The notes: generated by a model from the sequence alone, not told the origin. A stretch of 64,000 nucleotides of DNA from Octopus vulgaris (GCA_951406725.2 OX597814.1:199516001-199580000), one strand, 5' to 3'. Numbered from the stretch's first letter, positions 1 through 13,413 are shown. Numbers and translations are program-made.

Positions 1-788
1 GGGGGAGCAGGAAAAAAAACTCATGGAATACAAGTGTCGTTGTTGTAGTAGTAGTAAATGTATAGTGAATTAAGTTCAGTGGTAACGTGTGTAAGCAAAA
101 TAATATTACGTTACTCGGTTCGCTAGCAATATTTATGCAGATTTAGCTTGAAGTTGTTACATAACTTGTGATAAGTCGCGCGAGAAAGTCTTCTTCATTG
201 ACATTTTTTAAAATTATTTCTGTCGCTAGTGGACATTTTGTGTTGATTGACCTTTTTTGCGAGGAATTCTCTTCTATCGCAAAATATCACGATTATATTT
301 GAGGAATTGAAAGTGTCTTTGATTGCTTCGATTGATATGAAATTGGCCGAATAGTTCTAACACGTTTCAAAGGTGAAAGTGTTGAAATCTTTCGTGTCAT
401 TCACAGAAAATATGAACAACAGTGCATTCAAAACTTAGGAAGTTTGGTATTGTGGATGCTTGAAACTCGCTTTACGCTATCTATCATCTTTTCATTACCA
501 GCCAGATGTTATCCACCCTCATACTTATCGTGAATCAATTCAAACTCCTTTCGAGTTTCCATGTAAATTGATATGTTTAGATAGCAGCACACATATACCA
601 GTTCTTATGAAGAAAATACGAAATGCTGATAGTTTGCTTCTATTTTATGTTCAAGTACGAAACACTGAAAACCAATTATATAAGAGAGAAACGAGAAATT
701 CGATAAAATTTCAGAGAGAGAGAGAGATGTGATGAGATCTGCTGAAACTTGAGAAAAGTATTGATATTATATCGTTAATTATATTAAG

Positions 789-1112
789 TTTCGTTTTGGG
801 ATTTGGTTTGCAAGATTCTTTATATGAGTTCGTGTGTTGAAGCATATTCTGTTGTGTCTGGAGAGAGTCATTTTCTTTTTGTGCCTTATTATTTAACACA
901 CTCACCGGTAAAATTTCCACTTTTTTCTTATTTTTATATCCTAAAATTTTCGTTGCGTCTTGGAACCTTTTCAATAGTTTTGACTAAGGTTCCAAGACGC
1001 AACGAAAATTTTAGGATAATAAAAATAAGAAAAAAGTGGAAATTTTACCGGTGAGTGTGTTAAATAATAAGGCACAAAAAGAAAATTACTCTACCCAGAC
1101 ACAACAGTATAT
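789..1112 (-). mobile_element. Short fold-back element (inverted arms 844-969 / 986-1112) with an HHR-like motif; probable Penelope-type pLTR remnant
   Basis: Arms are near-perfect reverse complements. The same family occurs at 47853-48196. One arm extends further (789-843), as in inverted partial pLTRs. Confidence 0.7.
941..977 (-). ncRNA. Hammerhead-like motif, U3-A8 variant, stem II mismatch
   Basis: Minus strand reads CTA-TTGAAAA-G-GTTCC-AAGAC-GCAAC-GAAA-AT-TT-TAG: stem I CTA/TAG, palindromic stem III AATT. Confidence 0.45.
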
Positions 1113-1847
1113 TTTTTCTACCAGGAACTTCTATAAAAATGGAATCCTATGACTATACCACTTAAGTGTCCAAGGTTTATATGTCTGCATCGTTTTTTTT
1201 TTTTATGAACAAATAGTTATTTTGTTCAAATATACGCGATGGCTCGTTTATATATGTGTGTGCAGGCACTCGAATAGTTTTTCTAGTGTTTCAAAGTTTA
1301 CTCAAGAAGTAATTGGATGGACTATATTTTCATGAAATATGAAGTATGCAAAGTATTTTAGAAGATGGAAATAAATGTTTGAAAATAGTATTTTGTCGAA
1401 TTACGGTACGAGTGTGAAGTGGGGAAAATGAATTTCCTTTAAATATGTAAGCCGTTTATTATATTCTGTTTCAATTTACATTAAATCGATCTCATCAATA
1501 TAATTGCAATACCTATAATCCTATTCACTGCGAGAGAAGAGTTCAAAATTAATACGCAATTATGTTAAAATAATCATTTATTGGAATACAAAGTAGTGTA
1601 TCGATTATTTCAGTCCTATACACTTCAGATAAACGATAGACATATTCTATAACAGGAATAATTATATGGTAGGCTATATTTAAGAAATAGTGTCCTGTCT
1701 AAAAACGCAGGTAAATAATGATTCTGCATATCTCAGAGACTGTTTAGGTTAGATTCAATACAAGTAATAGTGAAAAACACAAGCAATGCAAATCGGCTTG
1801 AAAATAATTTTGTAGGACTTCAGGATTAAACTTTGAAGAAATGATTT

Positions 1848-1892
<45 letters not shown>

Positions 1893-1894
<2 letters not shown>

Positions 1895-2650
1895 GAGCAA
1901 AACGCCCCCCCCCCCGTCCAATGGACGGTGCTGAGTTGTTTAGTATCTCAGTGTCCTACAGTAAAATCCCATTTACGTCAGTAATGCTGTAATCCAGCAT
2001 ACTCGTATTTACATAACAGTAAGAATCAGCGCTGTAGATTTTTAATACGATACCATAGCTTCCGTTTGTAATACTAATGTAAACTTCATAATTTCTTATG
2101 GTCTTATGGAGGACAACAAGCATGTGTCGTACACGTTTTGGAAATTGCGGTGAATGGAATTTGTTGTCAGTGATCCTTAGTACTCACATAATAATTTATA
2201 TAAAGTTCAATGCATAACGTTCAGATGATCTTCATGGTTAGGTCGTATATTTTATCTTATAAACAGACGAGCAAAATGCCCCCCGTCCAATGGACGGTGC
2301 TGAGTTGTCGAACATTTAAACCAAATTTTCTCGAAACAACTTACCCGACCGTCCCATAGATCTCCCCTTTGAGAAACAGTGATTTAACCTAAATTTGAGA
2401 CACCAGCAAAAGAAGAGATAAAGATAGACTTCTTTCTATTCCAAGAAAAACGATTTTGCAAATGCACGTTCCCACGGCTTTATCGATCGCATTCTCACCT
2501 GGAATCGATTTTTGTAATTTTTTCAAGACTTATACACCCCTTGATACGGTCGGTATCTACATATCAAATTTGAGCGCAATCGGATGGAGGATGCCCGAGA
2601 TCATAGAACACACACACACACACACACAGAACGGGTTTTATATAATAGAT
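1893..2650 (-). mobile_element. Non-autonomous Helitron-like element with a duplicated 3' terminus
   Basis: One end reads ...TTTTATATAATAGAT (5' TC on minus) next to a (CA)n tract. The block ACGAGCAAAA..CCGTCC-AAT-GGACGG-TGCTGAGTTGT (a hairpin) occurs at 1893-1939 and 2267-2308. Confidence 0.5.
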
Positions 2651-4963
2651 ATGTGTGTGTGTATACACACACACACACACACACACAAAGCCTTACACTA
2701 GGTGAAATGACGTGATCACATTTCATCTGCTTTTGATGTGTGGTGAGAGAGAGTTTGATGACGGACGGTTTGTGATTTTTTGGCCGATCCTCAGAGAAAA
2801 AGACTTTCCGTCGTCCATCAATATATGCATAAAGCAGACATAAATTGTATTTATGTATTAAGCAGGCATACATTGGCCAGTAACCTCTTGGACTGGCCGA
2901 ATTCATATTCCATTGCTTCACTAAATAGATACTGTATAAAAACTCTATGCATAGTACGTATTTCTGCACCCAGCGTCCGTACACATAGGCTCGAGAGTAG
3001 AATGTAAGTTTCTAATTTCACCTCAGAAATATCAGTTCAGATTTCTGTTTAACATGAGTTTTCATTTTTATTAAGTCTTAGAAATTACAAAACATCTGAG
3101 ATTGCTATGTCGGTACCAAAATAAATAAGTATGTAAAACAGTGTCTGACTTGTCCTCGTTCATTTGAGTTAAATACTTTTTGGAGCTATTTTGTATTCCT
3201 TACTTTTAGGTGATAAATCCAAAGTAATCATTTTATTAGAATCTAAGTATTATAAATGCGTTTTTCCTTTTCTCTTTTGAATAATTCTCTCTTTCATTCT
3301 TATCAGATATTCCATCATCACGTCCTAAATTGCCTAAAATATATTAATCACCTCAATTAATTTCTTTAAATATATAAAAGTTAAAGAGAATCTTTTCCGT
3401 TATAAGTGATAAGTAAAACAGTCGCGTTATCTCAATCACCATCGCATAAAATGTCTGGCATAGTTCTACATTTAAAAGTGAAATACAATCCAGTAATGAC
3501 TGAATGATTATATTTGTAATGATTAAATAATGCAAAGCTAATTTATATAAGGAAATGAGTTGATCCGTCAATAGATAAGTGATGAGATAGCATCGAACAT
3601 TTCAACAATTTACGGCTAAAAATTAAATGACGAATGACCCAAGTTATCAATGGCAACACGGAGATATTTCCAAATTGTTGAGATATATTCCGAATTATTA
3701 AACTCCACATGCAAATCATAATGTAGCCACAATATTCATTGGAATATGATCGATCTATTTCATGATTATCTCCTGCGGAGTATTCAATTGTGAAATAGTG
3801 GTATAATTTGCGGATGTCAACCCTTCAGAAAAATATTGTTTAATAAGAAGCAGCATAATCAAAACTACTTTATTTTGTCTGGAAATATCGCCTCAAACAG
3901 GCCTTCCTGTAATACAGAGAATTCGATATTGAAAGATGGGGAAAATATTTTATAACTAGTTTAAGTTATTTATAAACTCGAACAACAACTATTTGCAGGA
4001 AGCATTAAAAAAACAAGATAAAAATAGCAACGGCCGAAAGCATTTTCCAGAACAATCTATTTTTCTTTGGTTCAAGGCTTTTTATCATTTAATAAATTAA
4101 ATTTTTCCTTGTTTATATGTATATTAATTAATATTGCATCTTAATATATTAGTTATAAACATCTCGGTTCAAATATATTCTGACCCGTTATTTTCAAAAA
4201 GGTATTTTTTTTATTTACTTTAGAATCAGGACACAATAGTTGCATTTAGAATCGAGCTGCAGTTGATTTCATAAACTATCTTCACAAACACAATCAGCAC
4301 TTTTTATCTCTAATAATAACCAAGAATAAAAACCAGTAATGAACACACATTTATGTTGAATTTGATGTACAGTTTTTTGGTGTGTGTGCGTGCTTCTTTC
4401 TTATCTCACAAAGAGCTTCAATAAATCTTACATGCAATGAAGTCGAGTTTGAATATTCAAAGGTAAACTTGAATCATGAAAACTTCATGGAAATTTTTAT
4501 GCAGAGACATGAGAAAAATAGGTATGAGTAAAATATTTTTTTAGTCAATCGAACCTAATTAAATAACTAGTCCATAGGTTATTTCTATCAATATTCTCAA
4601 ATAATACAATACTTGGCAGATAGCTTCTATTTCTACCATACCGCCTTCATTTCTGCTTCTGTCGTCTATAGGAGCACAAGATGATGTGTCCTATTCGTAG
4701 AGAAGTGTGGCCTCTTTTCTCCAGATGAATATCCTCTTATTGGTTTCATTTCAGGCAGGCCTACGGTGCAAGCCTAAACAGCTATCTTCATCACCTTAAC
4801 TCTCACTTTCTCTCTTTTGCCTTTAACTAACAATACTACTTTCAGAATGCCAAATTACAGGAAATTTCAACCGTGTCATTTATTTATGTCATCTATTTAT
4901 TTACAAACGACATTGAAATCAATGTTTTTTTCTTTTTCTTTTTTTCTGAAGGATAAGTAGAGT

Positions 4964-5128
4964 GGCGCAGGAGTGGCTGTGTGGTAAGTAGCTTGTCTAC
5001 CAACTACATGGTTCCAGGCTCAGTCCCACTGCATGGCACCTTGGGCAAGTGTCTTCTACTATAGCTTCGGGCCGACCAAAGCCTTGTGAGTGGATTTGGT
5101 AGACGGAAACTGAAAGAAGCCCGTCGTA

Positions 5129-5174
<46 letters not shown>

Positions 5175-5395
5175 TGTGTGTGTTTGTGTGTCTGTGTTTG
5201 TCCCCTAGCATTGCTTGACAACCGATGCTGGTGTGTTTACGTCCCCCGTCACATAGCGGTTCGGCAAAAGAGACCGATAGAATAAGTACTAGGCTTACAA
5301 AAGAATAAGTCCCGGGGTCGAGTTGCTCGATTAAAGGCGGTGCTCCAGCATGGCCGCAGTCAAATGACTGAAACAAGTAAAAGAGTAAAGAGTAA
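4964..5395 (+). mobile_element. tRNA-derived SINE, family A
   Basis: Head GGCGCAGGAGTGGCTGTGTGGTAAG, B-box-like GGCTCAGTCCC, CCTTGGGCAAG core, internal (TA)n/(TG)n and AAGAGT tail; about 10 copies in the window. Confidence 0.9.
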
Positions 5396-6309
5396 TAAGA
5401 CTGTCTGGCATGAGAACCTATTAATAATATTCTCATCTTGTGAGATTCATTTATGCCTTATTTTTTGCATCCGAAGTTTCTCGTAAGACAGTGTGAGTTC
5501 AATGTACTGTGACAATGGAAGAAGTCTTTCCAACCCACATTCTATTTTAACACCTGTAAATGGAAGGTCAGTTTATGTGCCGTACACCATTATGTTTTCT
5601 TCTGTACGTTTTAGTTAAAACTCATTACTTACACGCACACATGTAGGTGTCTAACTTGAACCGTCGTTAAACTGACACACAAAACCTGTCACTTATATTC
5701 AACCTACATACTTTACGTCAGACATTCGCTACGTCAATGACCAGATATTCCGATAACATTTTCTGGTGGCTAAAAGCTAATTAGTGCCTTTGAGAAGCAC
5801 AAAAACATAATTGTTCCAATGTCAAGAGAAATGATTTGAACTACAGCCTTAAACGACACTATACATGGTGACGAACAGCAATAATATAACAGCACCAATT
5901 CTAGCTTCACAAAGACTGTGCTTCCTATGATACCCAACAAATATATCTGGCTTGATCATTTTCCAACCTGTTACATAAGCTTAAACAACTTGCTTCTATG
6001 TTTTTCAGTATTTATACTCATCATTATTTGTTATTTCTTCTCATATGATTTTATGATGTAGTGTTTCTCAACATCTAATCTTTCACTTTCTAGATGGAAA
6101 GTATATTTAATTTCAGTGAAATACTTTCCTCTTGAAATAGAAAATAATTCAATACTCTCGGAATTTCTATTTGCATTTCTGCACAAATTGTGCGTATGTT
6201 ATACATAGGTACATTTTATGTTTATTGATACTTAACTATATATGTGTATATGTTTACATATGTGTGTGTGATTGTATGCGTTTCACTATGTTTATGTAAG
6301 CGTATATAT

Positions 6310-6568
6310 AATGATTAAGTATATATGTATATATGTATATATATGTATATATATATGTATATATATATGTATATATATATGTATATATATATGTATATAT
6401 ATATATGTAAATATATATATATATGTAAATATATATATATATGTAAATATATATATATATGTAAATATATATATATATGTAAATATATATATATGCAAAT
6501 ATATATATATATGTAAATATATATATATGTAAATATATATATATATGTAAATATATATATATATGTAA

Positions 6569-6600
<32 letters not shown>

Positions 6601-6909
6601 GTAAATATATATATGTAAATATATATATATGTAAATATATATATATATGTAAATATATATATATATATGTAAATATATATATATATATGTAAATATATAT
6701 ATATATATATGTAAATATATATATATATATATGTAAATATATATGTAAATATATATATATATATATATGTAAATATATATATATATGTAAATATATATAT
6801 ATATGTAAATATATATATATATATGTAAATATATATGTATATATATATGTAGATATATATATATTTTTAAGGATTTAAGGATATATATGTAAATATATAT
6901 ATATATGTA

Positions 6910-6941
<32 letters not shown>

Positions 6942-6942
6942 T
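6310..6942. repeat. Compound (TA)n / GTAAA minisatellite
   Basis: Repeated GTAAA(TA)4-9 units seen directly. Confidence 0.95.
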
Positions 6943-7048
6943 ATACACACCGATGCGTGTATGTACGTGTAGATGCCTACGTGCGTGTGTATGAATAGAT
7001 GCTTGTGTGTGTATATATGTGTATACACGCGGGCGAAAATGGATGTCT

Positions 7049-7658
7049 GCATGTGTATATAATGTTTAGCCATATACTTGTGCTTGTATGTAATATCACT
7101 TTTGTGTTTGTTTCGCCAGATTCTCGATATACTCGTTGGAAAAATGCATCTTGAAACGGTTATTGTCCATATTGGGTCGTTAATCTTACCGAAGCGAAAT
7201 AACTAAGATTGGCCAGAGTCTAATATTCTTGATGAATTAAAATTTTCTTCATTTTCTGGGGGAGTCGAACAAGAAATTGATTGGAATTGGGACCATCTTA
7301 AGATGTGAAGAAATGATAATCTCACGAAGTCTCTAAAATTGGCCATGGAAGGAAGTACATTCTGATTGTTTGGAGACTAGACAACAGCTGAGAACACGCG
7401 TATATTCTTCAACGGACATACTCCGTACTGTAAATAAAATGTGTGTGTATATACGTATATACACAAAAGAATAGTACATATATGTACATAAACACTGGCC
7501 AATTTTATTCTTCTTCGGCAAGATTAACCTCTCAATATGAACAATATCTGTTTCAAGACGCATTTTTCCAACGAGTATCACGAAAATCTGACAAAACAAA
7601 TAAAAAAGTGACGTTACATCCACGTACAAGTATATGCTAAAACAATATATACACAGGC
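7049..7658. repeat. Diverged long inverted repeat (arms 7049-7216 / 7495-7658)
   Basis: For example ATACTCGTTGGAAAAATGCATCTTGAAAC matches the reverse complement of GTTTCAAGACGCATTTTTCCAACGAGTAT. Confidence 0.85.
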
Positions 7659-7867
7659 AAGTAAACAAACCAGAAGAATTCTTTGCTACTTTACCTGTAG
7701 CCAAAGAGGCAAAGAATGTATGTGTATGCGCGTGTGTGTGTATGTGTATCTGTGCGTATGTGTGTAGGTATATATGTGTATATGTATTGATATATGTATG
7801 TGTATATGTGTTATACGTGTGTGTATATGTATTGATATACGTATCAGTATATGTATATGTGTGTATA

Positions 7868-8100
7868 TGTATATAAATGTCTATATGTATATATATGTGT
7901 GTCTATATGTATATAAATGTCTATATGTATATATATGTGTGTCTATATATAAATGTCTGTGTATATAAACGTCTATATGTATATATATATGTGTCTATAT
8001 ATAAATGTCTATATGTATATAAACGTCTATATGTATATATATGTGTGTCTATATATATATATATATATATAAATGTCTATGTGTATATAAACGTCTATAT
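7868..8100. repeat. Minisatellite built on ATAAATGTCTATATGTATATATATGTGTGTCT
   Basis: Unit repeats several times with variants. Confidence 0.85.
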
Positions 8101-8670
8101 TTTCTTCATTTTCTGATTATTTAAATGATAAACTTTCTATTCTGCTGTTACCTGTACCTTATTAGCATAGTGTGCCTGCATACCCATGCCCAGGGAAAGC
8201 ACAGGTAATTGATACTGATAGTAAATAGATTTTTCGTATCCCTTAGTCGGTTTCTACAACCACTAACTCTTCTTACCTTTGTGTGTCATATATATACATA
8301 TATGTATGTATGTATGTATGTATGTAATGTATGTATGTATGTATGTATGTATGTATGTATGTATGTATGTATATAATTTTTATGTGTGTGTGTGTACAGG
8401 TGTATATGTATGCTATAAGAGGTGCGTGTCTTTGATTGAGTGCCGAATTATGTAGAAAAGGTTTGTTAAATTTAAATAGTATAACATATCTTCCATTTAA
8501 TTCTTGAATGTACAGCATGTTAGTATTTTTTTAAATATTCATATGCCCGTCTAAATCGAGAAAGCTCAGGTGTCTATGGTATATGAAACTTTCGTGTCTG
8601 TGGCTATTGATGATTTTGCTTTGATTTATATAAGGCCAACTGCTGATATTTAATATGTATTCTTTTAACT

Positions 8671-8976
8671 CAGTGCTTCCCCAACTTTTTCAGGGTGCCG
8701 CCCCTTTGACACCCAGGCCACATTCCTAGAGCCGTCACCCCAATTAATCATCACAAACCTAGACCTCTTTGTGAAGCAAATTTAAAGCAACTGTATTTCA
8801 CAAAACTTAAAATAATGAACCCATTATTGTGTTGTTTTTACATTAATCTCCACCCCTTTATCACCCCAATTTTTACATGAATCGCTACCCTATTATCGCC
8901 CCACTTTTCTTCAACGTCTCCTTGGAAATTTTCACCGTCCCTAGGGAGCCAATACCGCCTACTTTGGGAACCACTG
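8671..8976. mobile_element. hAT (Charlie-like) MITE
   Basis: TIRs CAGTGCTTCCCCAA / TTGGGAACCACTG and a perfect 8-bp TSD TTTTAACT at 8663-8670 and 8977-8984. Confidence 0.9.
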
Positions 8977-9782
8977 TTTTAACTGATATTCAATCCATTA
9001 AACGGCCTAAATTCTAAAAGAAGGTGTTTTGTTCTATCAGATATATGGTGTAGGCAATATTTTTTCTGTGGTTTGGCATGAGGACGAAACTATGTCTTTC
9101 TTGGTCTAACACGCAACCATGCAATTTTGACTTGACCTGGAGGGAAATATGGACTTGTCGCTACAACTCCAACAACCCTGTTGATTGCATGTAATACAAG
9201 TATCACTGGAATCGAAAGAGTGTATCAAATAGGAAAAGGTGAATGCTTAGAATGAAGGATCCTCCTTGGCAATACCGATCACAATATTAGCTTCGATAAT
9301 ATGTAATCTAAGAGATTTGGCAGCTAATTTTGTACTGTTGGGATTTTTCATTCAAAATAGTTTTTCAGATGAGAGTTGCCTCTGCAAATTTTATTACAGC
9401 TAGTATTCTGCACACATCTGTATTCTCATCAGTTGTAGGCTGTTCAGTTCTTTCTGTAAAGTATCAGCAGTTGTTTTTACATAGCGGAGTTAAATTGTAG
9501 GTATTTTTTTAAACATGCTCTCTCAATGATTATGCCAAAGTTTCTGCAGATTGAATGGTGAATAGACACAAAAAATGACAGTAAAGAGACTTCGCAAAGT
9601 GGTCGAAGAATGTGAAGCCGCGACCGCTTTTAAAATGATGTTTCAGTCTGCATCGTCTTCCAGGAGACATCTTCTCAGCCAAGCATCGTGGTAAATTGCA
9701 CAGACATACCAAGCAAAGGTTTTGAGGTTCTCGAACGAGGCTGTACCGTGAATAATGTGCAGAAGTTGTCTGAGATTCAAAC

Positions 9783-10183
9783 GTGGCTGTGTGGTAAGTA
9801 GCTTGCTAACCAACTACATGGTTCCGGGTTCAGTCCCACTGCGTGGCATCTTGGCCAAATGTCTTCTGCTATAGCCCCGGGCTGACCAATACCTTGTGAG
9901 TGAATTTGGTAGACGGAAACTAAAAGAAGCCCGTCGTATATATGTATATATATATATATATGCGTGTGTGTGTGTGTGTTTGTGTGTCTGTGTTTGTCCC
10001 CCCAACATCGCTTGACAACCGATGCTGGTGTGTTTACGTCCCCGTAACTTAGCGGTTCGGCAAAAGAGACCGATAGAATAAGCACTGGGCTTACAAAGAA
10101 TAAGTCCCGGGGTCGATTTGCTCGACTAAAGGCGGTGCTCCAGCATGACCGCAGTCAAAATGACTGAAACAAGTAAAAGAGTT
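9783..10183 (+). mobile_element. SINE family A
   Basis: Near-identical to 4964-5395, first few nt missing. Confidence 0.9.
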
Positions 10184-11829
10184 TATTAAAATTCCTCATT
10201 CAAACGCCATTCCATAGAAAATAGAAAATAATTTAGTCTTTCATTGTTTCACATTGTATTTTGAATATATTAGCACCGAACTTTGTTTATTCAGGTGTGT
10301 TTTGCCAATACCTGTAATAATTGCTGGAGGTAGATTATATTTCATAGAAAATAGAATACTGTTAAAATTCCCATTCACAATATCTTCAGTTTTAGGTGAC
10401 ACGGGTGAAAGAAATATTTTCATTTTTTTTTTCACGCTTTAATGTTTCTTTCCTTCAACAATATTTAAGTATTTTGGCCAATGAATCGGATTAACCATTC
10501 TTTTTTCCAAATGTAAAATATAGTCAAACATTATGAAAAGTGACTGTTATATGTACAGTGAGCAAAACCTACATATTTTTTAAATTATGAACATATTTAA
10601 ATGTGAAACAGTATAAGAATAAATTGTCTTTTGTAGCACTTGAAACCGGGTAGTTGCTGAAACAGTGTTCAATAAAATAGTATTTTAAAAGATGAGATTT
10701 TCTGAATTTGAGCCAGTTCTATTAAAGTTCTGCATATCTCTATAAAGAAAATCCTTAAGTGGTTAATAAGATTCGTTATAAAGAAATGGTTCAGAATGAC
10801 AGATACAGTTGATTGTCGGGGAAAATGCCTTTCGACATTTAGTTATTTTAGTTAACCAAAGTTCACATCCTGTTGCACTCAACTTTACTTTTCTTCGCAA
10901 CAATAACAAACTGTAATTATATACTAGGATGTCGAATAAACTGATTATGCTTCGCTCTAATATATGTAGGTCCAAGTCAATATAAGAAATCAATTCAATG
11001 AATGAAGATATCTACCTTACAGAACAAAAGATTGTCTACGAAGCAGTGACCTGTAGATTTTTTTGAATACGAGTAAGAGAGAGAGCATAAAAAAATGTGA
11101 CGGGAAATCTATATGTGTGAGAAGATTTACTATTTTGAATGATAGCGCTTACGGTGATGTTATAAGACGAAACTTTGAACCTATGTCATCTTTGTTTATT
11201 CGCTTCTGATTTGGAATGAAAACAATTACAATTCTTGTCACGGTCTTCTTGCTGAAGTATTTAAATATAATTATCATGTTTATTTTGCCCGCTATACTGA
11301 AGATACACGATACATTGAAACGGTTTGTCACATATACAGATGTTATTAAATGGATTATTCAATACACGACGAAGAAAGAAGAAAGAAGTAAAATGATTTT
11401 GACATGCTTCTCTTCCTTACAAAACTGAATGAGACAGTGTTATAGGTACCTATATCGAGAATTCATACAAAACACAAATGCAGTTTTATTGTACGTGGAG
11501 TGTTCTGCTTATGACAGACGTTGAAAAACAACGAAATTTACATGTGGCAGCCATTCAACTTTAGCACACACAGACACCCCCCACACACACACACACAAAA
11601 CGGTCCGAAAGAAAGACAAGACACGGGGACTTTTTCTCCGCCCCCATGCCTCTCTCTGTCGTTCATTTATAGTGGAAATACAATTATAATTTCTATCACT
11701 GCTTTCTATTCGTTGAAGTGGTTAAATATGAGTGAAAAGTTCACTTCACAGTCTCTACTGAAGATACCTGAAACATTGTCTACAGGGGTAGAGATTATTA
11801 AATAGATTGTAGAATCCTCTATTTTCTCT

Positions 11830-11982
11830 CCCTGTTTCCTTCTGTGTTCCTTTCTTTAGAAGAGCATAGGCTCGAAACGTTAAAGAGTTTTTCAATCCCT
11901 AGCGTTATACTAATACTTCTATTTCTTGTCTACACCACCTGTCTTCGTCTTTTGTTTGTTTTGTTTTCGTGACTTCTTCACC
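11830..11982 (+). mobile_element. Short element with a degraded HHR-like motif (11850-11885), ending at (TA)n
   Basis: CTTT-CTTTAGA-A-GAGC-ATAG-GCTC-GAAA-CG-TT-AAAG; homologous to 43355-43477. Confidence 0.6.
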
Positions 11983-12021
<39 letters not shown>

Positions 12022-12171
12022 ATATGTATGTGTGTGTAATACAATAACTAGAGGTACAAATAGTATACATGGAAATAGGGAAAAGTATGTGTACAAAACA
12101 TCGCTTAACGTATAGGAAAGTGGGTAAATTATATAGAGCAGTCAATAAAAATAAAATTATGCCAAGATATA

Positions 12172-13413
12172 CAGGGTGCGTAAGATATTTGAGGACAGAT
12201 TTATGTTTATAAGAAAAACAGAGATATAATAACAGATAATATCTTTATCAAAAAGTGCTATGAGAATAAAAATAAACCTTCTTTTCTATAATGTTATTCA
12301 ATAAAGCCACCTTCAGTTTCAGCAGCTGCTTCTATATGAGGTCTAAATCATCTACATGCTCGAATCAAGTGGACCTGGTTCATTTTGGACATTACTCTAA
12401 CGGTGACAGCTTTCAAAGAATCTTTAGTGTTGTGAACGTGTTCATTGATCTCTCTGAACAACGATCCAATGGATCGAGATTTGGGGAATTAGGAGGCCAA
12501 ATGTTAGGGGTTATGTGATCATGAAAATTTTCAGCTATCCATTCCTGTGTTACTAGAGCCACGTGTGATAGTGCAGAATCTTACTGAAATACATATGGCC
12601 TTTCATTGCATATACTGTCTATCCAGGGTTTAACAATTGTTTCCAGGACCTCAATGTAGGTGGTAGAGTTAACTCTAGGGCCTTGTGGAGAGAAGTAAGG
12701 AGGTATCACATGTCCTTCATTGCTAACAACCCCTAAAACCATGACAGTTGCAGGAAAGTTTGTATGTATAACATTTGGAAGTTCAGATAGGTCTGCACAT
12801 AACCCTCTGTCAAGTCTTCTATTACCTTTTTGATCTTAGTCGAAGTTTTTCTCATTAGAGAAAAGCCAAATCAAATCTTCTACTGGATTTTTCAGTTTGT
12901 TTAAAAACCTTTTAGATCTGATGTAGTGATTTTCTTTTGCTTCTTCTGACAAACTGACCTTTCTTCATCATATAAGACTTATATCTGATGTCTTCGTGGA
13001 AAACATTTCTGACTGTTCCTTCTGATACATGGAGATCTTTTGCAATTGACCTCTTGGACCTTCTGGGATTGTGATCAATGGTCTTTTGAACTTCCTGGAT
13101 AAATTCAGATGTTCTGATGATTTCAGGGTGTTTAGAATGCTTTTTATGCTTTGATACTGGTGATACATTCCCGTCTTCAGTCTCTAGCTGCTTACAAACT
13201 TTGTAGTCGCAAGATCTCTGACAACTTTCAAAAATCGAGATATTTCTAAATCGCTGTGCTCAGCCTTTATAACCACAATAACAGCATGCCTCTTCCTTTC
13301 TGTAAGCTGAGGGTCTGCCACTATTATCAACTGAAACAAAGATTATACAGAGTTAGCAAAAAATGCAGCAATGACCCAATAAAGGTATGTCCTCAAAAAA
13401 CTTACGCACCCTG
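12172..13413 (-). mobile_element. Tc1/mariner DNA transposon, DD37D (maT) family, decayed transposase
   Basis: 26-bp TIRs CAGGGTGCGTAAG..TTTGAGGACA with TA on both sides. Minus-strand translation gives WLFSNEKNFD, VMVLGVVSNEG and YVFQ*DSALSH...WPPNSPNLDPLD, with 37 residues between the last two Asp. Stops are present. Confidence 0.9.

Noticed and set aside
4997-5436. Recurrent peptides such as LLFYLFQSFDCGHAGAPP and CPRCHAVG in many ORFs
   Set aside because: They are antisense translations of SINE family A, not a gene family.
6272-6948. ORFs of up to 218 aa rich in IY/CV/HT repeats (also 7634-8116, 40779-41321 and 43252-43755)
   Set aside because: They are translations of stop-free microsatellites, not genes.
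11753-11785. CTGAAGA-TACCT-GAAA-CATTG-TC hammerhead-like string
   Set aside because: No stem II is possible and stem I is only 2 bp.
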